Of a stretch of DNA of 35,759 bases, positions 24,730 through 33,353 are shown one piece after another. The notes below the pieces were generated by a model. That model did not search any database and was not told where the DNA came from. It saw only the letters and a list, made by a program, of their open reading frames with translations. The stretch spans positions 1-35,759 of IMG/VR virus record IMGVR_UViG_3300042988_000102; one strand, given 5' to 3'. A program made the position numbers and the translations under genes. How positions within the stretch are numbered: position 1 is the stretch's first letter; each line of letters starts with the position of its first letter. The stretch is from a virus (lineage: Duplodnaviria; Caudoviricetes).

Positions 24730-25471
24730 GGATTGACCCTACGATTTGGTTAATGTCAACGGGCGTACCCATTGGCGTTTGTTGTTGACCAGCAGCAAAA
24801 ATGTCATTGAATGACATATTGCGCTGACTTGGCAGGTCTTGCCATTGCGTACCGCCAAGCATATTCTGGTTGCTGAAGATTGATTCTAGGTCAATCGGAG
24901 CAGCAGAAGTCGCATAGGTTGGTGACTTCCATTCTGTTGGAACTGGAACAACCGCATATCCACTATTGGCAAATGTTTGATTTCCGCCAGAAACATCACT
25001 CAATCCAAGAGGATCGCCAGTTATTGCGTTAATCAATAAGCCTGCCCTAGCAGCGTTCAGAGCCTCTGAGAAAGTTAAGCCAGCGGCAGCAGCAGATGTT
25101 GCAAATACTGGACTTGCGGAGTTTGCCAAATCAATAGCAGCAGCATCCCATGCAGCGTTTTCTGCTGCAATGGATGCGGCCTGTTCTGCTGCGGCGGTTT
25201 CGGCAGCATCAGCGGCGGCAACGTCTGCGCCAGCAGCCATTGTTGCGCCATCTGCGCTTAGATACGCATTGATCTCAGGAGAGTAGTAATAACCAGCAGC
25301 AAGCAATGCCGCAGTAGTCCATCCGCCTGGCAATGTGCTGCGAACAGTGCGATCAAGACCCGCGCCGAGATCCTTTGCAGTATCAATAGCGCCTTGGCCT
25401 ATATTGCCGACAGATTCAATTGCATTGCTTGCAATTCTTACAGGATTCAAAGAACCTAGACCCCATCCCAT
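24707..25471 (-). CDS. Ala/Gly-rich hypothetical virion protein
   Basis: AGGAG RBS. 254 aa with a hydrophobic GGWTTAALLAAG segment. Confidence 0.7.
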   Translation of the reverse strand: MGWGLGSLNPVRIASNAIESVGNIGQGAIDTAKDLGAGLDRTVRSTLPGGWTTAALLAAGYYYSPEINAYLSADGATMAAGADVAAADAAETAAAEQAASIAAENAAWDAAAIDLANSASPVFATSAAAAGLTFSEALNAARAGLLINAITGDPLGLSDVSGGNQTFANSGYAVVPVPTEWKSPTYATSAAPIDLESIFSNQNMLGGTQWQDLPSQRNMSFNDIFAAGQQQTPMGTPVDINQIVGSILGQTATR

Positions 25472-25480
25472 ATATTCTCC

Positions 25481-27562
25481 TTACCCTGGTATTTCAACGT
25501 TAGAAGTGATGCCAGCGCCGACCTTCATCGCTTTGAGTCGAGCCTCTGCCATAAATTCTTCTTCTTTGAGTTGAAGTTGAGCAGCAGCCTTTTCACGCTC
25601 CAATTGGATCTGAGCAGCGTTCTTTTCACGCATCAGTTGCAGATCAGCCAAAGCCTTTTGCTGTGCCAATTCAATGTCAGCTTGAGCCTTCATCTGTTGA
25701 GCTTGAATGTCAGCCTGAGTCTTAGCCATGTACGCTTGAACTTCAGGCGGAACTTGCTGTTGTTGCGGTTGTGGCTGGCTCATCATCTGATCTTGTTCGG
25801 GCGTGATGTTCTTGTAGAACTCAGCAGAATCCTTAAATCCAGCAGCTTCAACCATGCGACCCAAGGTGTTGCGATATTGACCCATCGACACCATTGGATT
25901 GGCTGGCCCCATCTGACCGAGGATCTGCTCTTGTTTAGCCAATACCATGTTTAGCATTGCCATTTGCTCCTGACGGTTGCCAGCACCCAAACCTACGTTA
26001 ATGTCAACATCGTACTGATTCGACCATTCACGGGGATCGAATTGAACATACTGACCACGCATCCGGACGATACGGGCTTTGTCTTGGTACTTGCACAAAA
26101 GATGCAAGATGCCTTTAAACAATGACTTAACGCCTGTCTCAGCAAAGATTCGAGCAATCATCTCGATCTTTCCTGCGGCACTTTGTTGCATAGAAGCAAC
26201 AGCGGCGGCAGTTACGTTTTGCAGGATGGATGGGTCTAAGCCTTGGCTTGCCTCGGTTACGCCTGTGCGCTTCTGTTGGATTGAATCCAAATAGGAGAGC
26301 ATTGGGAAAGCCTGACCTGCCATTGATTGAACGGTCAATTGTTGGACAGCGCCAGCAGACTTAACGCGAACAACACCGCCTGCGGTAGAAGTCAGCAAGT
26401 CATCAAGGTTTACTTGACCATCAACGGCAGTAACGCGAGCGTTGTTTGTCAGATACAAGTTATCCAAGATTTGACGAGTGATCGTGGTCTTGATTAACTG
26501 AATATCCATTGTTCGGTCTGCCATTGACTCGCCAAAGAACTTGTGAGGCGTTGGGATTGGGCAGATTGAGTGGAAAGGAACGTAATCGGTTTCTTCGTCA
26601 CTCAGGATTTCGTTTGATGCGTAGAAGACTTGGCGCAGTTCAGCGATACCGTCACCGTCTACGTCAGCGCGTACATAACACTCAAACACCTCAATGGTCT
26701 GCATTGAGTCATCAAGGCTTTGTGCATCGTCAGGGTTCTCACCGTTGCTGACACGAGCCAAGTATTCAGGCGAGAAAGTCAAAGAATCTGACGTTTGCAA
26801 GCCGTTCACAATGTCCTTATCAAAACCCATTGCGATCAAGTCGCTACGGGTAATCAGGCGGCGATGAGCCACAAAAGGAGCGTCTGAAGGGCTACGCTTG
26901 GCGCGTTTAGAGATCAAGAACTCCTCTGGCGGGATATTCTCAACAACCACGTTGCCAGACTTCTTTTTCTTCTTTACTGTGACGCTGTTAGACGTATACA
27001 TCACAGGCTTACCCATCTGATCTAGCACAGGATTGCCAGCAGGGTCTTTGAGTTCGTTCTCGACTACCTCTTTCTCAACCACTTCCATAGTCTCGTCAGA
27101 AAGAAGCATTGCCAGCTCGTCATCAGACAGGTCGCGATACTTTTCTTTCGTAACGTCTTCCTTGTCTTCCCAATAGGCTTTAACTACGCCAACCTTTTGC
27201 AAGAGAGCGTCTTTAAACCAATCGTGCAAGATGATTACGCCATCGTTGTCACGCATGAACACCCAATTAACGTACTCAGTCGCTTGTTTTGCGCCAGCTT
27301 CGTCTTGTGGGCCACGAGGGTCAAAACGCACCACTTCATCAGAAGCAGAGAAGATGCGAACCAGAGAAGGCAAAGCGCCATCAACGGCTTCTGCAACTTC
27401 TCCAGTAACAATTGAGGATTTGCCCTCGACCTCGTTGCCGTAGGGCTGGCGCAGATACGCTTGAATAGCGTCTGTGCGTTGTTCTGTGGTTTCTGTTTCT
27501 AAGAAACCGATGGAGTTATCAATCTCCGACTCGATGATCGCTTTCAGTTTTTCCTGATTCAT
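25481..27562 (-). CDS. Portal protein (P22-like)
   Basis: 693 aa after TerL. WFKDALLQK.G.VK..W, PPEEF.I, RQILDN.Y and a C-terminal Gln-rich coiled coil. Confidence 0.9.
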   Translation of the reverse strand: MNQEKLKAIIESEIDNSIGFLETETTEQRTDAIQAYLRQPYGNEVEGKSSIVTGEVAEAVDGALPSLVRIFSASDEVVRFDPRGPQDEAGAKQATEYVNWVFMRDNDGVIILHDWFKDALLQKVGVVKAYWEDKEDVTKEKYRDLSDDELAMLLSDETMEVVEKEVVENELKDPAGNPVLDQMGKPVMYTSNSVTVKKKKKSGNVVVENIPPEEFLISKRAKRSPSDAPFVAHRRLITRSDLIAMGFDKDIVNGLQTSDSLTFSPEYLARVSNGENPDDAQSLDDSMQTIEVFECYVRADVDGDGIAELRQVFYASNEILSDEETDYVPFHSICPIPTPHKFFGESMADRTMDIQLIKTTITRQILDNLYLTNNARVTAVDGQVNLDDLLTSTAGGVVRVKSAGAVQQLTVQSMAGQAFPMLSYLDSIQQKRTGVTEASQGLDPSILQNVTAAAVASMQQSAAGKIEMIARIFAETGVKSLFKGILHLLCKYQDKARIVRMRGQYVQFDPREWSNQYDVDINVGLGAGNRQEQMAMLNMVLAKQEQILGQMGPANPMVSMGQYRNTLGRMVEAAGFKDSAEFYKNITPEQDQMMSQPQPQQQQVPPEVQAYMAKTQADIQAQQMKAQADIELAQQKALADLQLMREKNAAQIQLEREKAAAQLQLKEEEFMAEARLKAMKVGAGITSNVEIPG

Positions 27563-27707
27563 CTTTTACCTTTGGTGGCCTGCCCATCTTTGGGCGTTGC
27601 TCCGATTGTAATGCGTTTACCATATTTTCAAGCAAATCAATTCGGCGCTCAAGTGCCTCGATTCTACGGTTGTCAGGAATATCGCCTTTGCGGATTATGT
27701 AGTTCAT
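27519..27707 (-). CDS. Small coiled-coil protein with a GRPPK (AT-hook-like) motif
   Basis: ATGA-coupled to TerL. Confidence 0.6.
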   Translation of the reverse strand: MNYIIRKGDIPDNRRIEALERRIDLLENMVNALQSEQRPKMGRPPKVKDESGKTESDHRVGD

Positions 27708-28954
27708 ACGACCCATTTCTTTGGTTGGTTGATAGATTTACCCCATGACGAGCCAGATTCATCAAGCCCGACAGCGAGATAGCGGAAAGCGTCAGCAGCA
27801 TGGGAGTGCTGATCGTGAAGCGGTTTATTACTAAACATCTTCGTGTTTGGGTCTACGTCATATCGGTAATGGCGTAGGTTTTGGAGTCCGTCAGCGCACC
27901 TAGTTTCGTCAAAGAAACACCTGTCCAAGAGCATACGGGCGGCGTTGATACCGTCAGCAATAGACAATTTAGGCGTGATTCTTACTGGTTTTCCCATTGA
28001 TTCAAGAATGTCCTTGACCGATTTACCCGTCATATTCTTATGCTCGGCATCGTGTGGGAGCCACCAATCCTTGTAAACGTAGCCTTTGTCTTGCAGGACT
28101 TGGGCATAGTGGTCAATTGGCTTTTGGCAGTTTTGGTAGAAATCAATGACTCTGACCTCACCGCCTGAGATAGCCTGGACAAACCAAATAGAAGTCATGT
28201 CAGCCCAACCCAAATCCCAGAAGGTTTGGACAGGAATGGTCTTGTCAATAATCAACTCACGGATTCGCTGATCTTCTTGGGCTTTTCTCAGCTCGTTAGC
28301 GTAGACAGCACCATCCAACATCTGACGGGTATGCCCTTCCCAGACGTTGAGATAACTGTCCATGTCCTTCTCTCGCAGAGTTTCTAGTTCCTCTTTGAGA
28401 ACTTCAGGAAACCAAGGGTTATCAGACCAGTTGACCTTATGGACTTGTGCGCTTGGTGGCGAGTTAATCACGAATCGCTTGTAAGTCTCGTCTGTATCTA
28501 GGTCAGGGTTGAAAGTTACCCAAATCTCAGAGTTTGGCTTGCGGATGGTAGGAATCAAGGTTTCCCATGACACCTTAGACACCGCCTGACCTTCTTCAAT
28601 CCAGCAAATATCCACACCCTCAAACGACTTGATGGATGTGACATTGTGCTTTAGACCAGCAAACGAGAACTCAGAGCCGTTAATCCCGTAGATAGCTGTA
28701 CGCTGTACGTCAAAGAACGACTCAAGCCCCATAGCCTTGATTTGGTCATGGAGCAGGGCAATAACCGAGTCTGAGATCGAATTCTGAAGCTCACGGGCGC
28801 AGAGAACCCTTGTAGGTTTCTGAACTGCGATAGCAATCAAAGCTCGAGCAACACCCCACGATTTGCCTGACCCCCTACCACCGTAGAGGATTTTGTATCG
28901 TGCTGGCTCAAACAAGAATCCCAGTTTTTCAGGGAAATCTAGTTCAAGATTCAT
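27704..28954 (-). CDS. terL: Terminase large subunit
   Basis: Walker A GGRGSGKS, Walker B CWIEE, TFNP, nuclease motifs WDLG and HSHAADAFRY. Confidence 0.95.
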   Translation of the reverse strand: MNLELDFPEKLGFLFEPARYKILYGGRGSGKSWGVARALIAIAVQKPTRVLCARELQNSISDSVIALLHDQIKAMGLESFFDVQRTAIYGINGSEFSFAGLKHNVTSIKSFEGVDICWIEEGQAVSKVSWETLIPTIRKPNSEIWVTFNPDLDTDETYKRFVINSPPSAQVHKVNWSDNPWFPEVLKEELETLREKDMDSYLNVWEGHTRQMLDGAVYANELRKAQEDQRIRELIIDKTIPVQTFWDLGWADMTSIWFVQAISGGEVRVIDFYQNCQKPIDHYAQVLQDKGYVYKDWWLPHDAEHKNMTGKSVKDILESMGKPVRITPKLSIADGINAARMLLDRCFFDETRCADGLQNLRHYRYDVDPNTKMFSNKPLHDQHSHAADAFRYLAVGLDESGSSWGKSINQPKKWVV

Positions 28955-29282
28955 TAGGCTTCTTGAGATTGATCGTGATTCCTGAGACTTGGACAGGGCC
29001 ACCATTTGCGCCTGTCATTTCAGTCCTTGATAGCTTTGGAGCTGCATACTCAGCCAACTTAGCCAACATATCTAGGGCTTTATAAGGGTCTGGCTTGCGG
29101 TCTTGAGTAATGTCACCATTGGCAACGTCAGAAAGCCACTTCTCTACATTTTCAGAGTTATTTGATAGCAGAGCAGTAATAGTTTCTCTAAACTCAACAG
29201 TGGAGCGATTAGGGACTCCCTTTGGTCTGCCTTTACCCTTTTGCGCTTCAAATTTTGAATTTTCTTCGCGTACTTTATGCAT
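28944..29282 (-). CDS. terS: Terminase small subunit (putative)
   Basis: GRPKGVPN, EY..PKL.R.E.TG..GGPV, directly upstream of TerL. Confidence 0.75.
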   Translation of the reverse strand: MHKVREENSKFEAQKGKGRPKGVPNRSTVEFRETITALLSNNSENVEKWLSDVANGDITQDRKPDPYKALDMLAKLAEYAAPKLSRTEMTGANGGPVQVSGITINLKKPNES

Positions 29283-29355
29283 TTTCTTACCAATTCCTTA
29301 CGGCTCGTTGGTGTTGTTGATATGTGGTTAGTCTAGCAGATTTCGTTTCCGCGCT

Positions 29356-29976
29356 TCATACCAGTTCCACAGGAATAAAGACGTTATCAGACCACACTCG
29401 CTCTGCGAAAAAGTAGCCCATTCGTTGAATCATTATAGCGATTTCGGGGTCTGTCATGCCATTTTTGCCGAGCTTCTTTTGCTCAATGATGATGATAGGG
29501 CGTGAGCGCATAATGGTTTTCTTTGCGCCTTTGAGTGCGTTTTCCTCAAATCCTTCCACATCCAACTGAAGCAAATCAGGGTCAAGATTCAGGCTGTCAA
29601 TGGTCATCATTGGGATGCCAGATTCACATTCCTCGATCTGAAGCGCACCAGCGTTCTTCTCGCCATCACCTTCAACCATGCGGCAAAAACCTGCTTTGTC
29701 AGACAGACCAGCCTTGTAGATTTCCACGTTTTGTTCGTCTACGTTGCGCTTGAAGCACTCATAGTTCACATCATCAGGCTCAAAAGTCACGACTTTGGTG
29801 AAAAGCTGTGAATAAATCTTTGACCAGACACCGCAATTGCCACCAGCATGGATAACCAAGTTCCGCTGTGGAACCCACTTCACCAGCTCAGGAATAGCCT
29901 GCATCTCACGAGGAATCCAGTTCCACGCTTCAACGTCATTCTTAGGCCACCACCAGCCATCACGGTTTTCGATCAT
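29356..29976 (-). CDS. FkbM-family SAM methyltransferase
   Basis: HAGGNCG, VVTFEP, TIDSL, LLQLDVEGFE..AL.GA..TI...RP.I.IE. Confidence 0.85.
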   Translation of the reverse strand: MIENRDGWWWPKNDVEAWNWIPREMQAIPELVKWVPQRNLVIHAGGNCGVWSKIYSQLFTKVVTFEPDDVNYECFKRNVDEQNVEIYKAGLSDKAGFCRMVEGDGEKNAGALQIEECESGIPMMTIDSLNLDPDLLQLDVEGFEENALKGAKKTIMRSRPIIIIEQKKLGKNGMTDPEIAIMIQRMGYFFAERVWSDNVFIPVELV

Positions 29977-30605
29977 GTTTTCCATTCTTCAGCCCTTTCA
30001 TAGCCTTTTGTAGAACCCCAAAATTGGGTAGCGAAACAATGACCGTTGCCTTCGTACCTATACCCAGAGAAGTGATCTCTTGTGAAATAGTGTGAAGGGT
30101 AAACAGTCAATGGATACTCTGTTTGATGGTAAACCTCAGTAATGTGCATTGGGCCAGTTGTCTCCCAAGCTCTGTACTTTGTGACGGTTTCCTTGGCTCT
30201 CAGGTCTTCAATACATTGACCAAAGAAGGGATTTTGTGGAATTGAACCCATGACGCTGACGTTAATTAGCCCAGGTCTGCGTGTTTCCTGCTCCCAATGC
30301 GCAAAAGCATCAGGCTTCAGCAACCAATCCTCTAGCGGCGCAAGGCAGACAGAATCAGCGTCTAGCGTTATACCGCCTTCGTTGTAAAGGATTTCATAGC
30401 GCATCAGGTCAGCGACTCCACACAATTCGTGTTTAGCCATTTCCTGAATGTGCTTGGCGTTGAACCATTTTGTGTTTTTCAGGTCTGCATTGCCCCAAAT
30501 CCTCAACTCATAGTCAGGATTTATGGTTTTCCAAGTCTCGATGCAGTGATCTGGTCGTTTGGATTCGTCACCGACCCAAACAAAGTGAAGCCGCTTTGGA
30601 ATCAC
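29973..30605 (-). CDS. DxD glycosyltransferase (GT32 / Och1-like sugar-binding region)
   Basis: MIPKRLHFVW, ADLMRYEILY..GGITLDAD, TGP. Confidence 0.88.
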   Translation of the reverse strand: MIPKRLHFVWVGDESKRPDHCIETWKTINPDYELRIWGNADLKNTKWFNAKHIQEMAKHELCGVADLMRYEILYNEGGITLDADSVCLAPLEDWLLKPDAFAHWEQETRRPGLINVSVMGSIPQNPFFGQCIEDLRAKETVTKYRAWETTGPMHITEVYHQTEYPLTVYPSHYFTRDHFSGYRYEGNGHCFATQFWGSTKGYERAEEWKT

Positions 30606-30766
30606 TTTTTCTTTTTCATCACTTTTTTAGCCTCGCTCAATGCGATTGCGATGCCTTGCTTTGGGTTTGTGACAACCTTGCCACCTTTGCCTGAGTGCAA
30701 AGTGCCAGATTTGTATTCGCCCATTACTTTGCCAACTTTCTTGGCTCCAGCTTTAGTCATTTTCAT
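30602..30766 (-). CDS. Small basic protein (DUF6496-like; not in the ORF track)
   Basis: KVGKVMGEYKSGTLHSG..VVTNPKQGIAIALSEAKK. Confidence 0.75.
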   Translation of the reverse strand: MKMTKAGAKKVGKVMGEYKSGTLHSGKGGKVVTNPKQGIAIALSEAKKVMKKKK

Positions 30767-31181
30767 ATTCAACCTCTTTCATCACAGGTGCTTTTTCCCA
30801 AGCCTTGCAGGTGCGCAGCGTGTGGCAGCAAAATTCAAATTTGTGGCAGTAACCGCGACCACCACCGTCTTTGTCAAACTCGTCTTGTGGCACGACTTCC
30901 ATCGCTTCCAAGGTTTCAGGTTGGTCATCAAAGTATTCGCAGTTAGCGCACAAGCGGCGCTTTGCTTGGTCTGGTGATGTACGCCAGACGTTAGCAAGAC
31001 CGCGCCAATATTCGCTGTTTGGAGCGTCAACCTTGACAGGGCCGAGCATCTGAGTCTCAACCAAGGTATCGCGTGTTTTTTTGTTTGATTCTGCTGTCAA
31101 GCCTTCGATTACGGGCTTTTCTGCCTCGATTTCCTCGATTTCAACTTTGATTTCAGCAGCACTTCCGAGCAAGCCAGCCAT
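30753..31181 (-). CDS. Cys-rich hypothetical protein, first gene of the late region
   Basis: CANCEYF..GYCHKFEFCCH..RTCKAWE. Confidence 0.75.
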   Translation of the reverse strand: MAGLLGSAAEIKVEIEEIEAEKPVIEGLTAESNKKTRDTLVETQMLGPVKVDAPNSEYWRGLANVWRTSPDQAKRRLCANCEYFDDQPETLEAMEVVPQDEFDKDGGGRGYCHKFEFCCHTLRTCKAWEKAPVMKEVEYEND

Positions 31182-31192
31182 ATAAGCCTTTC

Positions 31193-31217
31193 AAAAAGAA
31201 GGCAGACTAGCTGCCTT
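31193..31217 (-). terminator. Intrinsic terminator at the early/late boundary
   Basis: AAGGCAG-CUAGU-CUGCCUU followed by CUUUUU. Confidence 0.65.
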
Positions 31218-31263
31218 AAAGACCTAGTTTCCCATGAACAAAAAAAACTAGGCAACTGATGAG

Positions 31264-31578
31264 TTATTGTAGTTCATCAGGCCACTTTCCACTAGCTTTT
31301 AGCTTTGCCACAGTCTTTTGATACGCCATTTGCCAAAGCATCCTGCGCTGTTCTTTTGTTAGCCTAGCGCCTTGGTCTAGTTCTGTGTGGCATTTTTGGC
31401 ACAAAGCGGCTGTGAACTCATCGCTTGCCTTGATGCCACGGCCTTTATTTCCCCAATCTGACCAATTTGAATGAGCCGCTTGCGTTTCTCCCTCTATGTA
31501 ACAGTTTTGACAAGGCAAACTTGCGACATTTTTCAAATGCTCTTTTGATCTGAAATATTTGTATTTCGGAATCATCAT
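31264..31578 (-). CDS. DUF968/DUF1364-like zinc-binding nuclease-fold protein
   Basis: VASLPCQNC, QAAHSN, GRGIKASD, LCQKCH..LD. Confidence 0.7.
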   Translation of the reverse strand: MMIPKYKYFRSKEHLKNVASLPCQNCYIEGETQAAHSNWSDWGNKGRGIKASDEFTAALCQKCHTELDQGARLTKEQRRMLWQMAYQKTVAKLKASGKWPDELQ

Positions 31579-32192
31579 CGTAATGCTCTTTCTAAAGAAT
31601 CGCCACGTTTTAAGCGTTGTTGCACTTTATCGCTATTCTTTCCAAGATGGTCACAAAGTTGTTGCAATGTGTATTTCTTAGATTGATATTCAAGAATCAA
31701 GTTGTTTGATCTATTGTTTTGCTGTTCTTTTTGCGTTGCCCATCTGCAATTTGATGGCTCATAGTTGCCATTCACGTCAATACGATCAATAGACATTCCA
31801 TCTGGAGCCTCACCCATGTCCTTGTAGAAAGATTCAAATGAATTTTTCCAAGATTCACAGACATAGATTCCACGACCACCATAAATCATATATTTTTTAT
31901 TGTTTTGGTTGTAACAACGCTGTTTCATTCCAATCCAGCTCTTATATGTTCTTGTGTTTGTCATTCCGTGAATTCGTTTTGCTCTACCTTTTGCAGCAGC
32001 ATCATCAAGAAACAAACATCCACAGCTTTTTGTCTGACCAGTTCGTAGGCATGAACTAGAAATATCTTTTGTTTTTCCACACTCACAAAGACATTTCCAG
32101 AATACAGCACCGCTTGAACCTCGCCTGTCTGTTTTTTCAATAACAGTCAAACGACCAAACTTACCACCAAGCAGATTTACAAGTTGACCCAT
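31575..32192 (-). CDS. HNH-type homing endonuclease-like protein (paralogue of 2713-3345)
   Basis: GKFGRLTV, WKCLCECG, KSCGC, HGM..TRTYKSW..MKQRC, SIDRIDVNGNYEPSNCRWAT. Confidence 0.88.
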   Translation of the reverse strand: MGQLVNLLGGKFGRLTVIEKTDRRGSSGAVFWKCLCECGKTKDISSSCLRTGQTKSCGCLFLDDAAAKGRAKRIHGMTNTRTYKSWIGMKQRCYNQNNKKYMIYGGRGIYVCESWKNSFESFYKDMGEAPDGMSIDRIDVNGNYEPSNCRWATQKEQQNNRSNNLILEYQSKKYTLQQLCDHLGKNSDKVQQRLKRGDSLERALR

Positions 32193-32194
32193 AT

Positions 32195-32231
32195 AAAACC
32201 TCTAAAGCCTTTAGACGTTTTCATTGTAGCA
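32195..32231 (-). promoter_or_regulatory. Extended -10 promoter and RBS-sequestering hairpin
   Basis: TG-C-TACAAT (32231-32223). AAAACGUCUAAA-GGC-UUUAGAGGUUUU covers GAGG. Confidence 0.6.
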
Positions 32232-32708
32232 TCATGCTGCAACTGGTTCTATTTTTCTCATCTTGTTAGCCTTGTATTCTTTTTCTATGTCTTCAAGCGC
32301 CAGCTCAAGCGTTCTAACTGAGCATTGGCGTAGCTGTTCATCATGTAAAGACAAAACTGTCTCAACAGCCTGAAGTTCCAAACCTGTGAAAACAAAGCTC
32401 TTCCCGCTTACTCCACGCTGTGCCATCGCATAAATTGCGTCTTGTGCTTGTCCGATTTCCTCAAGCCAATCACGACCTAGTTGGCGCTTTGCCAGTGCTT
32501 CGGCGCAGTTGACCATTGTGATGAGATTGTCCACATGGTGCGTGTCGCCTCGACCTTCACGAATCTCGTCAAAGGAAACGTGGTTCTTAATCATCAGCTT
32601 AGTCCCTGCGTCTGGTACTTCTGCGACTTTCTTGAATCCGCTGATTACCCATGTCAGAGCATCCATGCGAACGCCTTTGGGTTTGTATTTCTTTCTAGGT
32701 TTGCTCAT
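32232..32708 (-). CDS. Conserved phage hypothetical protein
   Basis: KPRKKYKPK N-terminus, N.AEAL, LHDEQL. Confidence 0.75.
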   Translation of the reverse strand: MSKPRKKYKPKGVRMDALTWVISGFKKVAEVPDAGTKLMIKNHVSFDEIREGRGDTHHVDNLITMVNCAEALAKRQLGRDWLEEIGQAQDAIYAMAQRGVSGKSFVFTGLELQAVETVLSLHDEQLRQCSVRTLELALEDIEKEYKANKMRKIEPVAA

Positions 32709-32992
32709 GCTTCACCTCTTGCTCGGATGTGGTAGGCGCACATTCCAGCTTCACCAGATGCAATTGATAGGTCTGGATGATCGCTGTATCTGTCTTCACA
32801 AACTTTTGCACACGCCTCACGCTCATCAAGCTGTCCAGCGCGGTAGCCTTGCTTGTAGCCAATCTTGTTGTGCTTTGCGCATAACTCATCTAAGTCTTCA
32901 ACTAAGTGACCAATGATGACACCTTGCGCATTGCGAACGATGCCGTTCTCTTGCAATGTCACTTGCTCTGTTTTGCAGATTTCTTGGTTCAT
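32705..32992 (-). CDS. Hypothetical protein (EREACA..C / IRARG family)
   Basis: EREACAKVC and IRARGEA motifs. Confidence 0.75.
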   Translation of the reverse strand: MNQEICKTEQVTLQENGIVRNAQGVIIGHLVEDLDELCAKHNKIGYKQGYRAGQLDEREACAKVCEDRYSDHPDLSIASGEAGMCAYHIRARGEA

Positions 32993-33004
32993 GCTTCACC
33001 TCTT
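32705..33004. repeat. Exact 16-bp direct repeat bounding one gene
   Basis: TCATGCTTCACCTCTT at 32705-32720 and 32989-33004. Confidence 0.85.
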
Positions 33005-33123
33005 AGTTTTTTCATTGCCTCATCATGACCTTTTGCAATGTGTTCTTGAGCCGATAAATCTGCCCAACAAGCAATTCCAACGCAAATCAACGGGACAAAT
33101 ATATAAAGTAAAAGTTCAATCAT
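32989..33123 (-). CDS. Small membrane protein (44 aa; not in the ORF track)
   Basis: MIELLLYIFVPLICVGIACWADLS...LRGEA with ATGA overlaps at both ends. Confidence 0.65.
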   Translation of the reverse strand: MIELLLYIFVPLICVGIACWADLSAQEHIAKGHDEAMKKLRGEA

Positions 33124-33353
33124 TTTTCCCCCCTTGTTCGTATTAACTCTGAACAAAGCAAGTCAAGCCGTTTTCCGTTGTATGCGTTGACAAAAGCATT
33201 GTCGTCTTGGTTTTTCCAGCAAAGATTTGCACACGCCTCACGTTCTTTAGCTGCTACCAGTTTGGCAAATGCTTCAAGTTCTTTTGTTGCAATGTGAACA
33301 TTACCAATAAAACCAGCTTCTTTAGCCATTTCATAAATTTCATCTTTTGTCAT
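33120..33353 (-). CDS. Hypothetical protein (EREACA family)
   Basis: MAKEAGF, LEAFAKLVAAKEREACA, IRTRG. Confidence 0.75.
   Translation of the reverse strand: MTKDEIYEMAKEAGFIGNVHIATKELEAFAKLVAAKEREACANLCWKNQDDNAFVNAYNGKRLDLLCSELIRTRGEK

Noticed and set aside
31206-31250. CUAGU sites as trans targets of the C4-like UACUAG loop
   Set aside because: Only 5 nt match and there is no adjacent UGGGGAG site, so chance cannot be excluded.
32989-33123. Possible frameshifted pseudogene in an ORF-track gap
   Set aside because: Careful translation gives an intact 44-aa ORF.
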